64,000 nt of DNA, taken from an uncultured delta proteobacterium (GTDB taxonomy: Bacteria; Desulfobacterota; Syntrophia; Syntrophales; UBA2185). Numbering within the stretch: the stretch's first letter is position 1; each line of letters starts with the position of its first letter. Both the position numbers and the translations under genes were made by a program. Below are positions 8,524 to 18,687 of the stretch, piece by piece. The stretch lies in the NCBI GenBank assembly GCA_963729715.1, contig CAVSPA010000007.1, positions 288,001 through 352,000 of the forward strand, given 5' to 3'. The notes beneath the pieces were generated by a model. It was not told the origin of the DNA. It ran no database searches and worked only from the letters and a program-made list of their open reading frames with translations.

Positions 8524-9941
8524 GAGATATAACCCAAAGTTGTGGACAGGATAAAAAGAAGGCGTATCCTAAATAAGTGTAGTTTAACTTAAAGCCCCCT
8601 TGGCGAGAGGGGAGAAAGAAGGATACGCCCATGGAGAATAATGAACGAGATTATCTGGAAAAGCAAGTTAAAGAAGAATCAAAAAGCGCATTGGAGTTAA
8701 TTATCCGGGAAGGCGCCTGTCGGATGTTGCAGGCGGCCATAGAGAATGAGATAAGTGAGTACATTGAGAGTTTCAAGGATGCGAGAGATAATGGTGGTCG
8801 GCGCATGGTTGTGAGGAACGGGTCCTTACCGGAAAGAGAGATTGTGACTGGCATTGGGCCATTGCAAGTGAAACAGCCCCGCATTCACGACAAGAGAGAA
8901 GGCGAGGCTTTTACCAGCACTATTTTGCCGAGATATATGAGAAGAGTTCCATCAATAGACGCTTTAATACCGGCACTCTATCTTAAGGGGATCTCCACTG
9001 GGGATTTCAGTGAGGCACTAGAATCCATATTAGGAAAGAACGCAACGGGGCTTTCCGCCACAAATATTGTTCGATTAAAGACTCTCTGGGGACAAGATTA
9101 TGAAAACTGGGCGGGGCGGGATCTTGCCCATAAGCGATACGTTTATTTCTGGGCAGACGGCATTTATTTCAATGTTCGTTTGGGAGATGTGGAGAACAAG
9201 CGGCAATGCATCTTGGTCATTATGGGGACATTGGAAGACGGGAAGAAGGAACTTGTTTCCCTTCTTGACGGATACCGGGAGAGCAAACAGGTTTGGCAGG
9301 AGATGCTGCGCGATCTCAAGCAAAGGGGGCTTAAAGAAGGTCCTAAGTTGGCGGTTGGTGACGGCGGCTTGGGATTCTGGGCAGCCCTTCGGGAGGAGTT
9401 TCCGGAAACAATAGAGCAGCGTTGCTGGGTTCATAAGACTGCCAATATCCTGGATAAGATGCCAAAGAGCGTTCAACCGAGAGCCAAGGTTCATATCTGC
9501 GACATGTATATGGCTCCGACCAGGGATGAAGCCTTTAGAGCCTATGATTATTTCTTATCTCAATATCAGGCAAAATATGAAAAAGCATGCGAGTGTTTAA
9601 GAAAAGACAAAGAAAGTCTTTTTGCTTTTTATGATTTCCCGGCAGAGCACTGGCGTCATATCCGGTCTACAAATCCTATCGAATCAACCTTTGCCACTGT
9701 GAGGCTTCGCACAAAACGGACAAAAGGTTGTGGCTCAAGATTGGCAACACTTACCATGGTTTTCAAATTGGCCATGGAAGCAGAAAAGACTTGGCAGAGA
9801 ATCAGGGGGCATAACCTTATCTGCAAGGTCATTGAAGGAATCAGATTTGTTGATGGTGTAATAATGAAAGAAGCTGCTTGAATTTGAAAAGGGTCAGGAT
9901 ACGTTGAAAAATGTCTCATCCACAACTATTGACAATATCCC
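8524..9941 (+). mobile_element. IS256-family insertion sequence
   Basis: Imperfect terminal IRs (GAGATATAACCCAAAGTTGTGGA / rc GGGATATTGTCAATAGTTGTGGA); 9-bp TSD AGAGAGTAA at 8515-8523 and 9942-9950. Confidence 0.92.
8631..9881 (+). CDS. IS256 family transposase
   Basis: LYLKGISTGDF, WADGIY, VGDGGLGFW, QRCWVHK, RSTNPIES. Confidence 0.95.
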   Translation: MENNERDYLEKQVKEESKSALELIIREGACRMLQAAIENEISEYIESFKDARDNGGRRMVVRNGSLPEREIVTGIGPLQVKQPRIHDKREGEAFTSTILPRYMRRVPSIDALIPALYLKGISTGDFSEALESILGKNATGLSATNIVRLKTLWGQDYENWAGRDLAHKRYVYFWADGIYFNVRLGDVENKRQCILVIMGTLEDGKKELVSLLDGYRESKQVWQEMLRDLKQRGLKEGPKLAVGDGGLGFWAALREEFPETIEQRCWVHKTANILDKMPKSVQPRAKVHICDMYMAPTRDEAFRAYDYFLSQYQAKYEKACECLRKDKESLFAFYDFPAEHWRHIRSTNPIESTFATVRLRTKRTKGCGSRLATLTMVFKLAMEAEKTWQRIRGHNLICKVIEGIRFVDGVIMKEAA

Positions 9942-10636
9942 AGAGAGTAAACCGCAAATACAAGTCTGCGCCTTAGTGATCGGCTCATTTTATTGATAAC
10001 TGGTTGTAAGGCGCAGATATTTTAACGTGCATTTCTGGAATGATGGTGGTCTGATGTTCTTCCTTGTAGTCAAGCATCAAGTAATTTTGACATATATTCA
10101 CCCTTTCAAGCGATAATCGGTGATTATTATTGCATTGACATCTCTGACCACCTGTCTTGTCTCCGACCGTCATAAAGCAAAGCCTTATCAATATTTAGCC
10201 AACCATTTCATAAATTTTTGTTTCGCCTCAGGCGAGGGTTTCCCACCATCTCCATGCAGACACTAAAAATTGACAATCTCTCTAAAAGATGTGGTTGACT
10301 TAACTGTAAACCTATGTGGCATCGGGGTCTAATAAAGGAGATGACGAAATGAAAAAGTTACTTTTTGTAACAATCTTTTTAGCTTTGGTAGGTGTCTTTC
10401 CTGTCATGACGATGGCAGCGGTAGATGTAAGTGTAAAATCCGGTTCACCTCGAACGCCCAATCCGGTCAAGATCGAACACTGAATCCGGTGATAATCGAA
10501 CAGTAAATCCGATTATGCTCGAACATTTTTTTGACATTACCGGATTCGCTGTTCGGTGAAGAACGGATCTTCTCTCTGATGATTCTCCTCCTTATCTGAT
10601 GTAATAAGTGTCCTCAAAAACATTTGGAGGGCATGG

Positions 10637-12193
10637 ATGAAGAAGAAAGGGAGGAAGTTACCCATGAGGAAACTCAGAGAAATAGCGCGGCTGTTTTTAG
10701 AACTGAAGCTGGGTGTGCGCCCGATTGCCAGGGCGTGTGACATTTCGCCATCTACAGCCCATACGTATATGGAGAAACTCAGGGAGCTCGGTGCCGGTTA
10801 TGGAGAAATTATGGAGATGGATGATGACTCGCTTTCCGATCTTCTGTTTCCCAAGGGAGAGCAGCCGGCGTCAAGGCCATTGCCTGACTTTGTCTACCTG
10901 ACAGGGGAGATGAAAAAGAAAGGAGTAACGCTTCAACTTCTATATGAAGAGTACAAAAGAGACAATCCCGGAGGATACGAGAGGAGCCAGTTTTATCACC
11001 TTTACGGCGAATGGGCCGGGAAGGCGGACCCGGTGATGAGGTTTACCCACAAGGCGGGAGAGAAGATGTTTGTCGACTTTTCCGGAGACAGTCCCCACTA
11101 TCAGGATCCGGCAACAGGAGAGCGGGTTGATGTTGAACTTTTCGTTTCGGTATTAGGTGCGAGCTCATACATTTTTTCCTGTGCGGCGCCTGATCAGACG
11201 GGGAAAAGCTTTGTGAAATGCAACATCAAAGCCTTTGAATTCTACGGAGGATGTCCCGAGAGTATTATTATCGACAATTTGAAAGCCGGGGTTACACATG
11301 CCTGTTACTATGATCCGGAAATCAATAAGACCTTTGCAGCAATGGCAGAGCATTACCGCATTGCCGTCATTCCCACAAGAGTGGCAAAACCCAGGGACAA
11401 GGCGAAAGTGGAAAATGCAGTCCTTCAAGCCCAGCGAAGGATTGTCGCCGCATTGCGGAACCGGTTGTTCTTTAACATTACGGAACTCAACGAGGCGGTA
11501 ATGGAAGAAGTGAAGAATCTGAATGCCAGACCCATGACGGGGATAAATAAATCCCGCCTTGACCTCTTTCTCGAAATTGAGAAACCCTTACTGAAACCCC
11601 TCCCTGCGGAGAGGTTTGTCATTGCCGCCTGGAAGAAAGCAAAGGTGCACATCGATTACCACATCGAGGTGACAAAGACATACTATAGTGTTCCCTATAC
11701 CCTGATCGGGGAATACGTGGATATCAGGTATACCGGCACTGTTGTCGAAATATATCACAAGAGCAAACGGGTGGCCTCTCATATGCAGGTAGATAAGCCC
11801 GGTGTTTTTGTCACGCAAGACCTCCACATGCCGCATGAGCACCGGCAGTACCTCGAATGGACACCGGCACGGATAAAGTCATGGGGAGAGAAGGTAGGGC
11901 CTTACACCAGGGACTTTATGGAAAAGTTAATGGAGAACCGTGCCCACCCGGAACATGGGTTCCGGAGTTGCCTCGGCATAATAAGGCTCTCCAGGACATA
12001 CTCTTCTCCACGGGTAGAGAAAGCATGTAAAAGAGCATTGGACATAGGGGCATACAATTACCGGAGCGTAAAGTCCATCCTGAAGATGGGACTGGAGGAG
12101 GCGGGCCCTGAGGGGAGTGAGATAAAAAAGATCTTCCCCTTACATCCCAATATAAGAGGAAACAACTATTACCATGAGGCATCCCATGATTGA
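10637..12193 (+). CDS. istA: IS21 transposase
   Basis: N-terminal HTH, FVDFSG, IIDNLKAGV, PRDKAKVENAV, YSVPY. Confidence 0.95.
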   Translation: MKKKGRKLPMRKLREIARLFLELKLGVRPIARACDISPSTAHTYMEKLRELGAGYGEIMEMDDDSLSDLLFPKGEQPASRPLPDFVYLTGEMKKKGVTLQLLYEEYKRDNPGGYERSQFYHLYGEWAGKADPVMRFTHKAGEKMFVDFSGDSPHYQDPATGERVDVELFVSVLGASSYIFSCAAPDQTGKSFVKCNIKAFEFYGGCPESIIIDNLKAGVTHACYYDPEINKTFAAMAEHYRIAVIPTRVAKPRDKAKVENAVLQAQRRIVAALRNRLFFNITELNEAVMEEVKNLNARPMTGINKSRLDLFLEIEKPLLKPLPAERFVIAAWKKAKVHIDYHIEVTKTYYSVPYTLIGEYVDIRYTGTVVEIYHKSKRVASHMQVDKPGVFVTQDLHMPHEHRQYLEWTPARIKSWGEKVGPYTRDFMEKLMENRAHPEHGFRSCLGIIRLSRTYSSPRVEKACKRALDIGAYNYRSVKSILKMGLEEAGPEGSEIKKIFPLHPNIRGNNYYHEASHD

Positions 12194-12929
12194 GGCGACT
12201 ATTGAAAAGCTTATTGCCATGAAGCTCCATGGGATGTCAGAGGGCTTGAGGGAACAGATGAACAGCGCTGAATATCGTGACCTCGGTTTTGAGGAGAGAT
12301 TCGACCTTCTTGTCGACAAGGAAAAACTTCACAGGGAGAACCGGCGTATAAAGCTCCTCCTCTCCCATGCACATCTCCGGCACCCCACAGCCTGTCCTGA
12401 GAATATCGACTTCAGGACCAGGCGGGGCATAACGAAAGACGCAATACTGAGACTTTCTCAGAATGAGTGGATACGGAATAACCAGAACATCATCATAGTC
12501 GGTCCCACCGGTGCAGGGAAAACGTACCTTGCATGTGCCCTGGGGAACAGCGCTATACGGCAGGGAATAAGTACCTTGTATACGAGGCTGCCACGGTTGG
12601 GCCGTGAACTGAAAATAGCAAAAGCAGACGGGAGCTATGTGAAACTTCTTCAGCGCCTCCAGAGAATAAAGCTCCTCGTCATCGATGACTGGGGGATAAA
12701 TCCTTTTACCGATGAAGAAAGAAGGGACTTACTCGAAATCATGGAAGACAGACATAACGTACGGTCCACTATCATTGCCAGTCAGTTCCCTGTCGATACA
12801 TGGCACGATATCATAGGAGACCCGACTCTTGCAGATGCCATATGTGATCGCGTTGTCCATAATGCGCATAAAATTATATTTACATTAACAGGAGGTTCAA
12901 TGAGAAAAATACATTCAGGCTTGACTTAG
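12186..12929 (+). CDS. istB: IS21 helper ATPase
   Basis: GPTGAGKTYLACALG, LLVIDDWG, ADAICDRVVHNAH. Confidence 0.95.
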   Translation: MIEATIEKLIAMKLHGMSEGLREQMNSAEYRDLGFEERFDLLVDKEKLHRENRRIKLLLSHAHLRHPTACPENIDFRTRRGITKDAILRLSQNEWIRNNQNIIIVGPTGAGKTYLACALGNSAIRQGISTLYTRLPRLGRELKIAKADGSYVKLLQRLQRIKLLVIDDWGINPFTDEERRDLLEIMEDRHNVRSTIIASQFPVDTWHDIIGDPTLADAICDRVVHNAHKIIFTLTGGSMRKIHSGLT

Positions 12930-13644
12930 ATCGAACACTTTTATACTTAAGTGTCGGCTGGAGAAGAATCATCAAAGAGCCGTTCGGACAAATCGGACTC
13001 AGTGTTCGACCACATCGGATTTAGCATGTAAGTGTTGGAATTTCTATACCACTACCGCCACCTGTCACATTCGAAGCACCGCCGACTGTAGTCGTATTAC
13101 CAGATACCAATAGTGTTTACGCTGTTCCCAGTATAGGTGTAGGGTTTCTGGTGGCGTCCGTGGGAAGGTCGGTGGTACCGCTCGTAGTATTATGATCGTG
13201 GGTGGGCTTATTACAATAGTGTTCCAAGATTCTATTTTGACGTAGACCCATATTGGAGAGGAAACTATCAGAACCATAATTGGCATGGTCACATTTGGAA
13301 TTATCAACCGATTCCTCATTCAGAACTTCAACGGAACTGGAAGAGCTGGCAACGTAACCATTATTGGGACAAGAAAAAAACTTGGGGTGTTCAGGGTTAT
13401 ACACGTAAACCACAACAACAGACTCAGGTATTAAGGCAACAAAGACAACCTCAGAGGCAACAGCAACATAAGGGTGAATCACATCAACAGTCTGAAGGAC
13501 ACGGAGGAATGGGCGAAGAACACAGAAAGTAGGAGGACAAAAAGTTAAAAACGTTACCCTCTATAATATCTGTCGGGTAGAACAAAAAAACCGTGATCGT
13601 CAACATTCAGGATTATTTTGGAATAAAGACTGGTAAGGGGTCAT

Positions 13645-13752
13645 ATGAAAGTTTTCAAGATTACACTCGGAATCACAGCAATACTATTTCTTGTTTCATC
13701 CATCGCTGTCGCAGATGATTTAGACTGGATTCCCTATTTTAATCAAGACTGA
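13645..13752 (+). pseudogene. Probable truncated remnant of an exported protein
   Basis: RBS then MKVFKITLGITAILFLVSSIAVADDLDWIPYFNQD*: a signal peptide followed by only about 12 residues. Confidence 0.4.
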
Positions 13753-14014
13753 GGCGCTTCCATTTGTACGACCTCTTTAATATTTTCATTCATTGCTCTC
13801 GCACAGTACCGGTTGGAAGCTGCTATTCCTTGGCAACTTATTCCCATCACATGTAGCTTACGGCTGCCTTTCTGTAATCCTCTCAACATTCAATATGCAG
13901 TAATTATTGAACATTACGACCGGTAATGTTGTGATCTGGCAGTCAGACACCGGGAGACGATTTTCCTCAAGCGACTGCTATGGCATAGGATTATAGGAGT
14001 ATGTGGAAAGATGC

Positions 14015-14043
14015 TTGACAATAAGGGCATGTGTTAATATATT
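14015..14043 (+). promoter_or_regulatory. Sigma70 promoter of ars operon
   Basis: TTGACA-N17-TATATT upstream of arsR. Confidence 0.6.
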
Positions 14044-14073
14044 ACTGTTTAGCAATATATAGGAATGTAATCC

Positions 14074-14415
14074 ATGAAAGATTTTATAAAGGTCATGAAG
14101 GCCCTTTCAGATCCCAACAGGGTGAAGATTTTGAAAATGTTGCAGCACAAGGCCATGTGCGTATGTGAAATGCAGGCGGCACTGGATATTGCCCAGCCAA
14201 CTGTTTCCAAACACTTGAAGTTTCTTGAACATGCCGGTCTTGTCGGCTTTAAGAAGGACGGCCAGTGGGTCAATTATCATCTAACGGACGGAAGCAAGAG
14301 CCCCTATGCTGCGAGTCTTCTGGGAAACTTGAAACATTGGATCCAGGACGACCCGGAGATTCGGCATATCGTAAAAAAACTTCAATCCATCCGCCGTGAA
14401 GATATCTGCAAATAA
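14074..14415 (+). CDS. arsR: ArsR/SmtB transcriptional repressor
   Basis: KALSDPNRVKIL, MCVCEM, QPTVSKHL. Confidence 0.9.
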   Translation: MKDFIKVMKALSDPNRVKILKMLQHKAMCVCEMQAALDIAQPTVSKHLKFLEHAGLVGFKKDGQWVNYHLTDGSKSPYAASLLGNLKHWIQDDPEIRHIVKKLQSIRREDICK

Positions 14416-14466
14416 CTGTGATGATATATTGCTCAATAGAAATGTCAGCGATAGTGGGTAATTCAA

Positions 14467-15417
14467 ATGATTAAAGCTTTCGCCGACTGGCTGACTTACA
14501 GCGTATTTGAACTCTCAGCTGATACTCATCTTGCTGATGCCGTCAATTTCTTCATATATGACACCATCAAGATCCTTCTGATGTTGACCGTAATTATCTT
14601 TCTCGTCTCGATCATCAGAAGTTTCTTTCAGCCGGAGAAGGTAAAGAAGATACTCGCCAATAAAGTTGAATTTGTCGGAAACATATTGGCTTCCTTGTTG
14701 GGTATTGTCACGCCATTTTGCTCCTGCTCAGCCGTGCCGGTATTTATCGGTTTTCTGGAGGCGGGTGTTCCCCTCGGAGTGACACTGTCTTTCCTGATCG
14801 CCTCACCGATGATCAACGAAGTGGCATTGGTGCTTCTCTGGGGCCTATTCGGGGCGAAAATTGCCTTGATTTATATCGGAACGGGCTTAACTGTTGCCAT
14901 CATCTCCGGCATCATACTGGGACGCATCCCTGCCGTAGAAAAGATGGTTGAAGATTACGTGTGGGAACTGAGGATGGGTGAGACTAATATTCCGCAGCTT
15001 TCCTGGCGGGACCGTTTTCAACTGGCGTCTTTTCATACCCAGGATATCCTGAAGCGGGTGACGCTCTATGTCATTCTCGGAATCGGAGTCGGCGCGGTTA
15101 TTCACGGATACGTGCCGATAGATTTTGTGGCAACCTACGCTGGTCGGGATAATCCCTTTGCAGTCCCCCTCGCTGTCCTAATCGCAATACCTCTTTACTC
15201 GAACGCTGCGGGTACGATCCCGATTGTACAGGCTTTGATGGGCAAGGGTATGCCGCTCGGAACTGTCTTGGCTTTCATGATGGCTGTTACGGCGATTTCA
15301 TTCCCGGAAATGGTGATCCTGAGAAAGGTTTTAAAAGTAAAGCTCTTGATTATATTTGCTGCCATACTAACAGTTGCCATAATTATCGTCGGCTATCTGT
15401 TTAACGCAATTATGTAA
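14467..15417 (+). CDS. arsP: ArsP/DUF318 permease
   Basis: TPFCSCSAVP, FLIASPMINE, PLYSNAAG, ISFPE; ars context. Confidence 0.85.
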   Translation: MIKAFADWLTYSVFELSADTHLADAVNFFIYDTIKILLMLTVIIFLVSIIRSFFQPEKVKKILANKVEFVGNILASLLGIVTPFCSCSAVPVFIGFLEAGVPLGVTLSFLIASPMINEVALVLLWGLFGAKIALIYIGTGLTVAIISGIILGRIPAVEKMVEDYVWELRMGETNIPQLSWRDRFQLASFHTQDILKRVTLYVILGIGVGAVIHGYVPIDFVATYAGRDNPFAVPLAVLIAIPLYSNAAGTIPIVQALMGKGMPLGTVLAFMMAVTAISFPEMVILRKVLKVKLLIIFAAILTVAIIIVGYLFNAIM

Positions 15418-15431
15418 AAGGAGGTAAATCA

Positions 15432-15671
15432 ATGGAGATTAAGATATTGGGACCAGGTTGCCGCAACTGCGAGAAATTAGCTGCCGATGCCAAACTTGCC
15501 GCGAAAGACGGCGGCTGTGCTGCCGAAGTTGTCAAGGTGACCGATATGAAACAGATAATGAGTTATGGGGTACTCAGTACACCTGGCTTGGTTATAAATG
15601 GCAAGGTCAAGTCATACGGAAGAATTCCGTCAGTCGATGAAATCAAAAAGTGGATTGAAGAAGAAAAATAG
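15432..15671 (+). CDS. Small redox-active disulfide protein (thioredoxin_3 family)
   Basis: IKILGPGCRNC, YGVLSTPGLVING. Confidence 0.88.
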   Translation: MEIKILGPGCRNCEKLAADAKLAAKDGGCAAEVVKVTDMKQIMSYGVLSTPGLVINGKVKSYGRIPSVDEIKKWIEEEK

Positions 15672-15690
15672 AGTCGGAGTAAATATCGCA

Positions 15691-16113
15691 GTGCCGGGAA
15701 ATAAGAAACGGGTGCTGTTCATCTGCACCCATAATGCCGCTCGTTCCCAGATGGCCGAAGGTCTGCTGCGCGCCTTGCATGGTGAACTCTATGAAGTCTT
15801 TAGTGCCGGTACTGAGCCTGCAGGTGTGAGCCCTTATGCAGTTAAGGTGATGAGTGAAATTGGCATCGACATGGAAGCCCACCGCTCAAAGGGTATTCAG
15901 GAATTTTTAGGTCAGCAGTTTGACTACGTGGTCACCGTCTGTGATCATGCGAAGGAGGCCTGCCCGTATTTTGACGGCGGTAAAAAAATGCTTCACCAGA
16001 GCTTTACCGATCCGTCAGACTTGATAGGATCGGAAGAAGAAATCATGGCGGGTTTTCGACGGATCCGGGATGAAATCAAATGCTGGATTGAAAGAGAATT
16101 CCTTAGACTGTAA
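15691..16113 (+). CDS. arsC: Arsenate reductase (LMW-PTP type)
   Basis: FICTHNAARSQMAE, TVCDHAKEACP, DP, FRRIRDEI; GTG 15691 is the likely start. Confidence 0.88.
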   Translation: MPGNKKRVLFICTHNAARSQMAEGLLRALHGELYEVFSAGTEPAGVSPYAVKVMSEIGIDMEAHRSKGIQEFLGQQFDYVVTVCDHAKEACPYFDGGKKMLHQSFTDPSDLIGSEEEIMAGFRRIRDEIKCWIEREFLRL

Positions 16114-16140
16114 CCCGCTGTCTAGAGAAAGGATGGGTAT

Positions 16141-17022
16141 ATGTCAGAGAGTATTGTGAAAAGGTTATCATTTCTGGACCGCTTTTTGACTCTATGGATC
16201 TTTCTCGCTATCGGCGTGGGAATCGCGATCGGCTTTTTCCTCCCGGGAGTGTCAAAGTTCATTACGGGGTTACAGGTTGGTACAACATCGATCCCCATTG
16301 CCATCGGGCTGATATTGATGATGTACCCACCCCTTGCCCGCGTCAAATATGAGGAAATGGGCAAAGTTTTTAAGAACAAGAAATTGCTGGCCATATCCCT
16401 TCTGCAGAACTGGGTCATCGGGCCGGTAGTCATGTTTATCTTGGCCGTAGTCTTTCTGCACAATTATCCGGAATATATGATCGGGGTAATTCTGGTGGGG
16501 CTTGCCCGGTGCATCGCCATGGTTATTGTGTGGAACGAGCTTGCGGGCGGAGACAGGGAGTTTGCTGCTGGTCTTGTTGCCCTGAATGCCATTGCCCATG
16601 TCCTCTTTTATGCGGTCTACATCTATGTCTTCGTGACCCTTTTTCTGAACTGGCTTGGACTCGCGAAGTCCCTCAATATCAATGTCTCGATGGTGGAATC
16701 AGCTAAAACTGTATTTACTTATCTCGGTATTCCCTTTCTTGCCGGCTTGATTACACGTTATACCCTCATCAGTGTAAGGGGGAAGGAATGGTTCGATACG
16801 GTTTTTATGCCCAGGCTGAGCTCTGTTACCCTTGTCTTTTTGCTTTTCACCATTGTCGTCATGTTCTCGACCCAGGACAATAAAATCATTGCCTCGCCCT
16901 TTGACGTATTGATAGTGGCAATTCCCCTCACCATTTATTTTTCAAAACCCGACCGCGTGATCCCGGCTCATATTGATCTTCAATTAAGTCAGAGGTGTCA
17001 TACCGACCCGATTTTTTCATAA
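16141..17022 (+). pseudogene. acr3: Acr3 arsenite efflux transporter, C-terminally truncated
   Basis: [33 protein letters not shown]; Acr3-like sequence stops after IPLTIYF (about 16940) and the last TM helices are missing. Confidence 0.82.
16935..17020 (-). pseudogene. N-terminal remnant of a Fic-family protein
   Basis: GGAGG RBS then [29 protein letters not shown], resembling the Fic N-terminal YxPG..VLKN motif; fused to the broken acr3. Confidence 0.55.
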
Positions 17023-17703
17023 TCCTCCGTTATTTCCTTTATTCATAAATTTATGTACTCAATATGTGCTTGAAATTTAAATGAAAATTATACCTGCATA
17101 TGAAATTAGTCAAGTCAATTTGACTAAACTATTTCGAAAAAAACATCAATTTCGTCTATCAAGGCAAGTTGACGAATATTTTTAAGATTCCATACATAAG
17201 GGAAACGATTTTCAATCACCCAGCATTTTTAAGAAAATATATTTAATATTTCACCCATTCTACTTATCCTCAATAATCATCCAAAATTATGCCAGAATCA
17301 TAACATAAAAACTGGACCGGTTTAGGTGGCAGGTCAGTCCGTGATTCTGTCTTACGTTGAATGACTTTCGGGAGACAAGGACGACAGCAATACATATGTT
17401 AACCCCCGATATCCAAAACTTTGCATGCGCCCCACCTATCTATTGACCAATTTTCACCTATCCATGAGGCTTGTTAACTGCAAAATATTTTCTTCCTTAG
17501 ATTCTGCCTCACTTTCCGGGAGAATTAACATCTCTAATAAAGATAATCACGCAATTTGCAACCTTACCCTTTTCGTATAGTCATCCAAACTATCTTTTTT
17601 ATGTTTGATTACCTTCAGGCTCGGAGTCTTCATCATTTAAGAGATAAAGGAGTTTCTACCGGACGGGCTGCTCTTCAGTATTACAAACAAAAGGGATGAG
17701 CTT

Positions 17704-18672
17704 ATGGAAAGATTAAAAAAGATCAGGGAAGGAGATGTTCGCACCGCCTCTCGTCTCATAAGGAATATTGAAGATGATATTCCGGAAACGCGGCAAATCA
17801 TCAAGGACATTTTCCTTCATACGGGGAATGCTCATATTATAGGAATTACCGGCTCTCCGGGCGTCGGGAAAAGCACGCTGGTTGACGGCCTCATAGAATG
17901 GAACCGCAGTATCGGAAAAACCGTGGGCGTCCTCGCCGTCGATCCCACCAGCCCCTTTACGGGAGGCGCAATTCTGGGTGACAGAATTCGCATGCAGCGG
18001 CATGCGGAAGATAACGGGGTTTTTGTGAGAAGCATGGCCACACGGGGCTCATTGGGAGGTCTTTCGAAGGCCGTTGGCGAGGCAATCCATGTCCTGGATG
18101 CCATGGGTAAAGAACTAATAATGGTGGAAACGGTAGGCGCGGGTCAGCAGGAAGTGCAGGTCATGAATTATGCCCATACCATCGTGCTCGTCCTCGTTCC
18201 CGGGATGGGAGACGAGATTCAGGTCCTTAAGGCTGGCATCATGGAGATCGCCGACATCTTTGTTATCAACAAGGCACACCGTGATGGAACTCATAAACTT
18301 CAACGCGAGCTAATGGCCATTCTCGACATGTCGCCAAACCGATCAGGCCAATGGCGGCCTCCCATCCTCACCGTTGAAAGTGTCTTCGAACCTGCGAAGT
18401 TCCGAAAGGGAATTGAAGCCCTGGCGACTACGATCCTGGATCATCACAGGTATCTTTTCGAAAACAATGTGATCGGCGATTGCAACCGTCGCCGGTCATT
18501 TCATGCATTAAACGATGCCCTTGTCTTATGTATTCTCAACCCAATCTTAAACCAACTGATTGTGGAAGGCGAGATGGACCGCATGGTTGATAAACTGCTT
18601 CACGGTGAAACGGACCCTGTCACTCTCGCAGAGGAGGTAGCTGGAAGATACCTGCAAATCACTGCCGATTAG
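17704..18672 (+). CDS. meaB: MeaB/ArgK GTPase chaperone of B12 mutases
   Basis: GITGSPGVGKSTL, AVDPTSPFTGGAILGDRIRM, RSMATRG, VETVGAGQ. Confidence 0.92.
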   Translation: MERLKKIREGDVRTASRLIRNIEDDIPETRQIIKDIFLHTGNAHIIGITGSPGVGKSTLVDGLIEWNRSIGKTVGVLAVDPTSPFTGGAILGDRIRMQRHAEDNGVFVRSMATRGSLGGLSKAVGEAIHVLDAMGKELIMVETVGAGQQEVQVMNYAHTIVLVLVPGMGDEIQVLKAGIMEIADIFVINKAHRDGTHKLQRELMAILDMSPNRSGQWRPPILTVESVFEPAKFRKGIEALATTILDHHRYLFENNVIGDCNRRRSFHALNDALVLCILNPILNQLIVEGEMDRMVDKLLHGETDPVTLAEEVAGRYLQITAD

Positions 18673-18687
18673 ATTAACTCTCATGTT

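Larger units (their letters stand above)
10432..13026 (+). mobile_element. IS21-family insertion sequence
   Basis: TG...CA ends (TGTAAAATCCGG / TCGGATTTAGCA); four AATCCG-N7-TCGAAC repeats in the left end; 6-bp TSD TGTAAG at 10426-10431 and 13027-13032. Confidence 0.93.
10349..13532 (+). pseudogene. Exported Pro/Trp-rich hypothetical protein interrupted by IS21
   Basis: MKKLLFVTIFLALVGVFPVMTMAAVDVS at 10349 continues after the IS as VGISIPLPPPVTFEAPPTVVVLPDTNSVYAVP; further frameshifts follow (GFWWRPWEGRWYRS in another frame). End coordinate approximate. Confidence 0.7.

Noticed and set aside
10438..10525. Four short tandem repeats as CRISPR or iterons
   Set aside because: They lie inside the IS21 left end and are mirrored at the right end, as expected for transposase-binding repeats.
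13117..13482. 121-aa minus-strand ORF
   Set aside because: Antisense shadow of the IS21-interrupted plus-strand gene.
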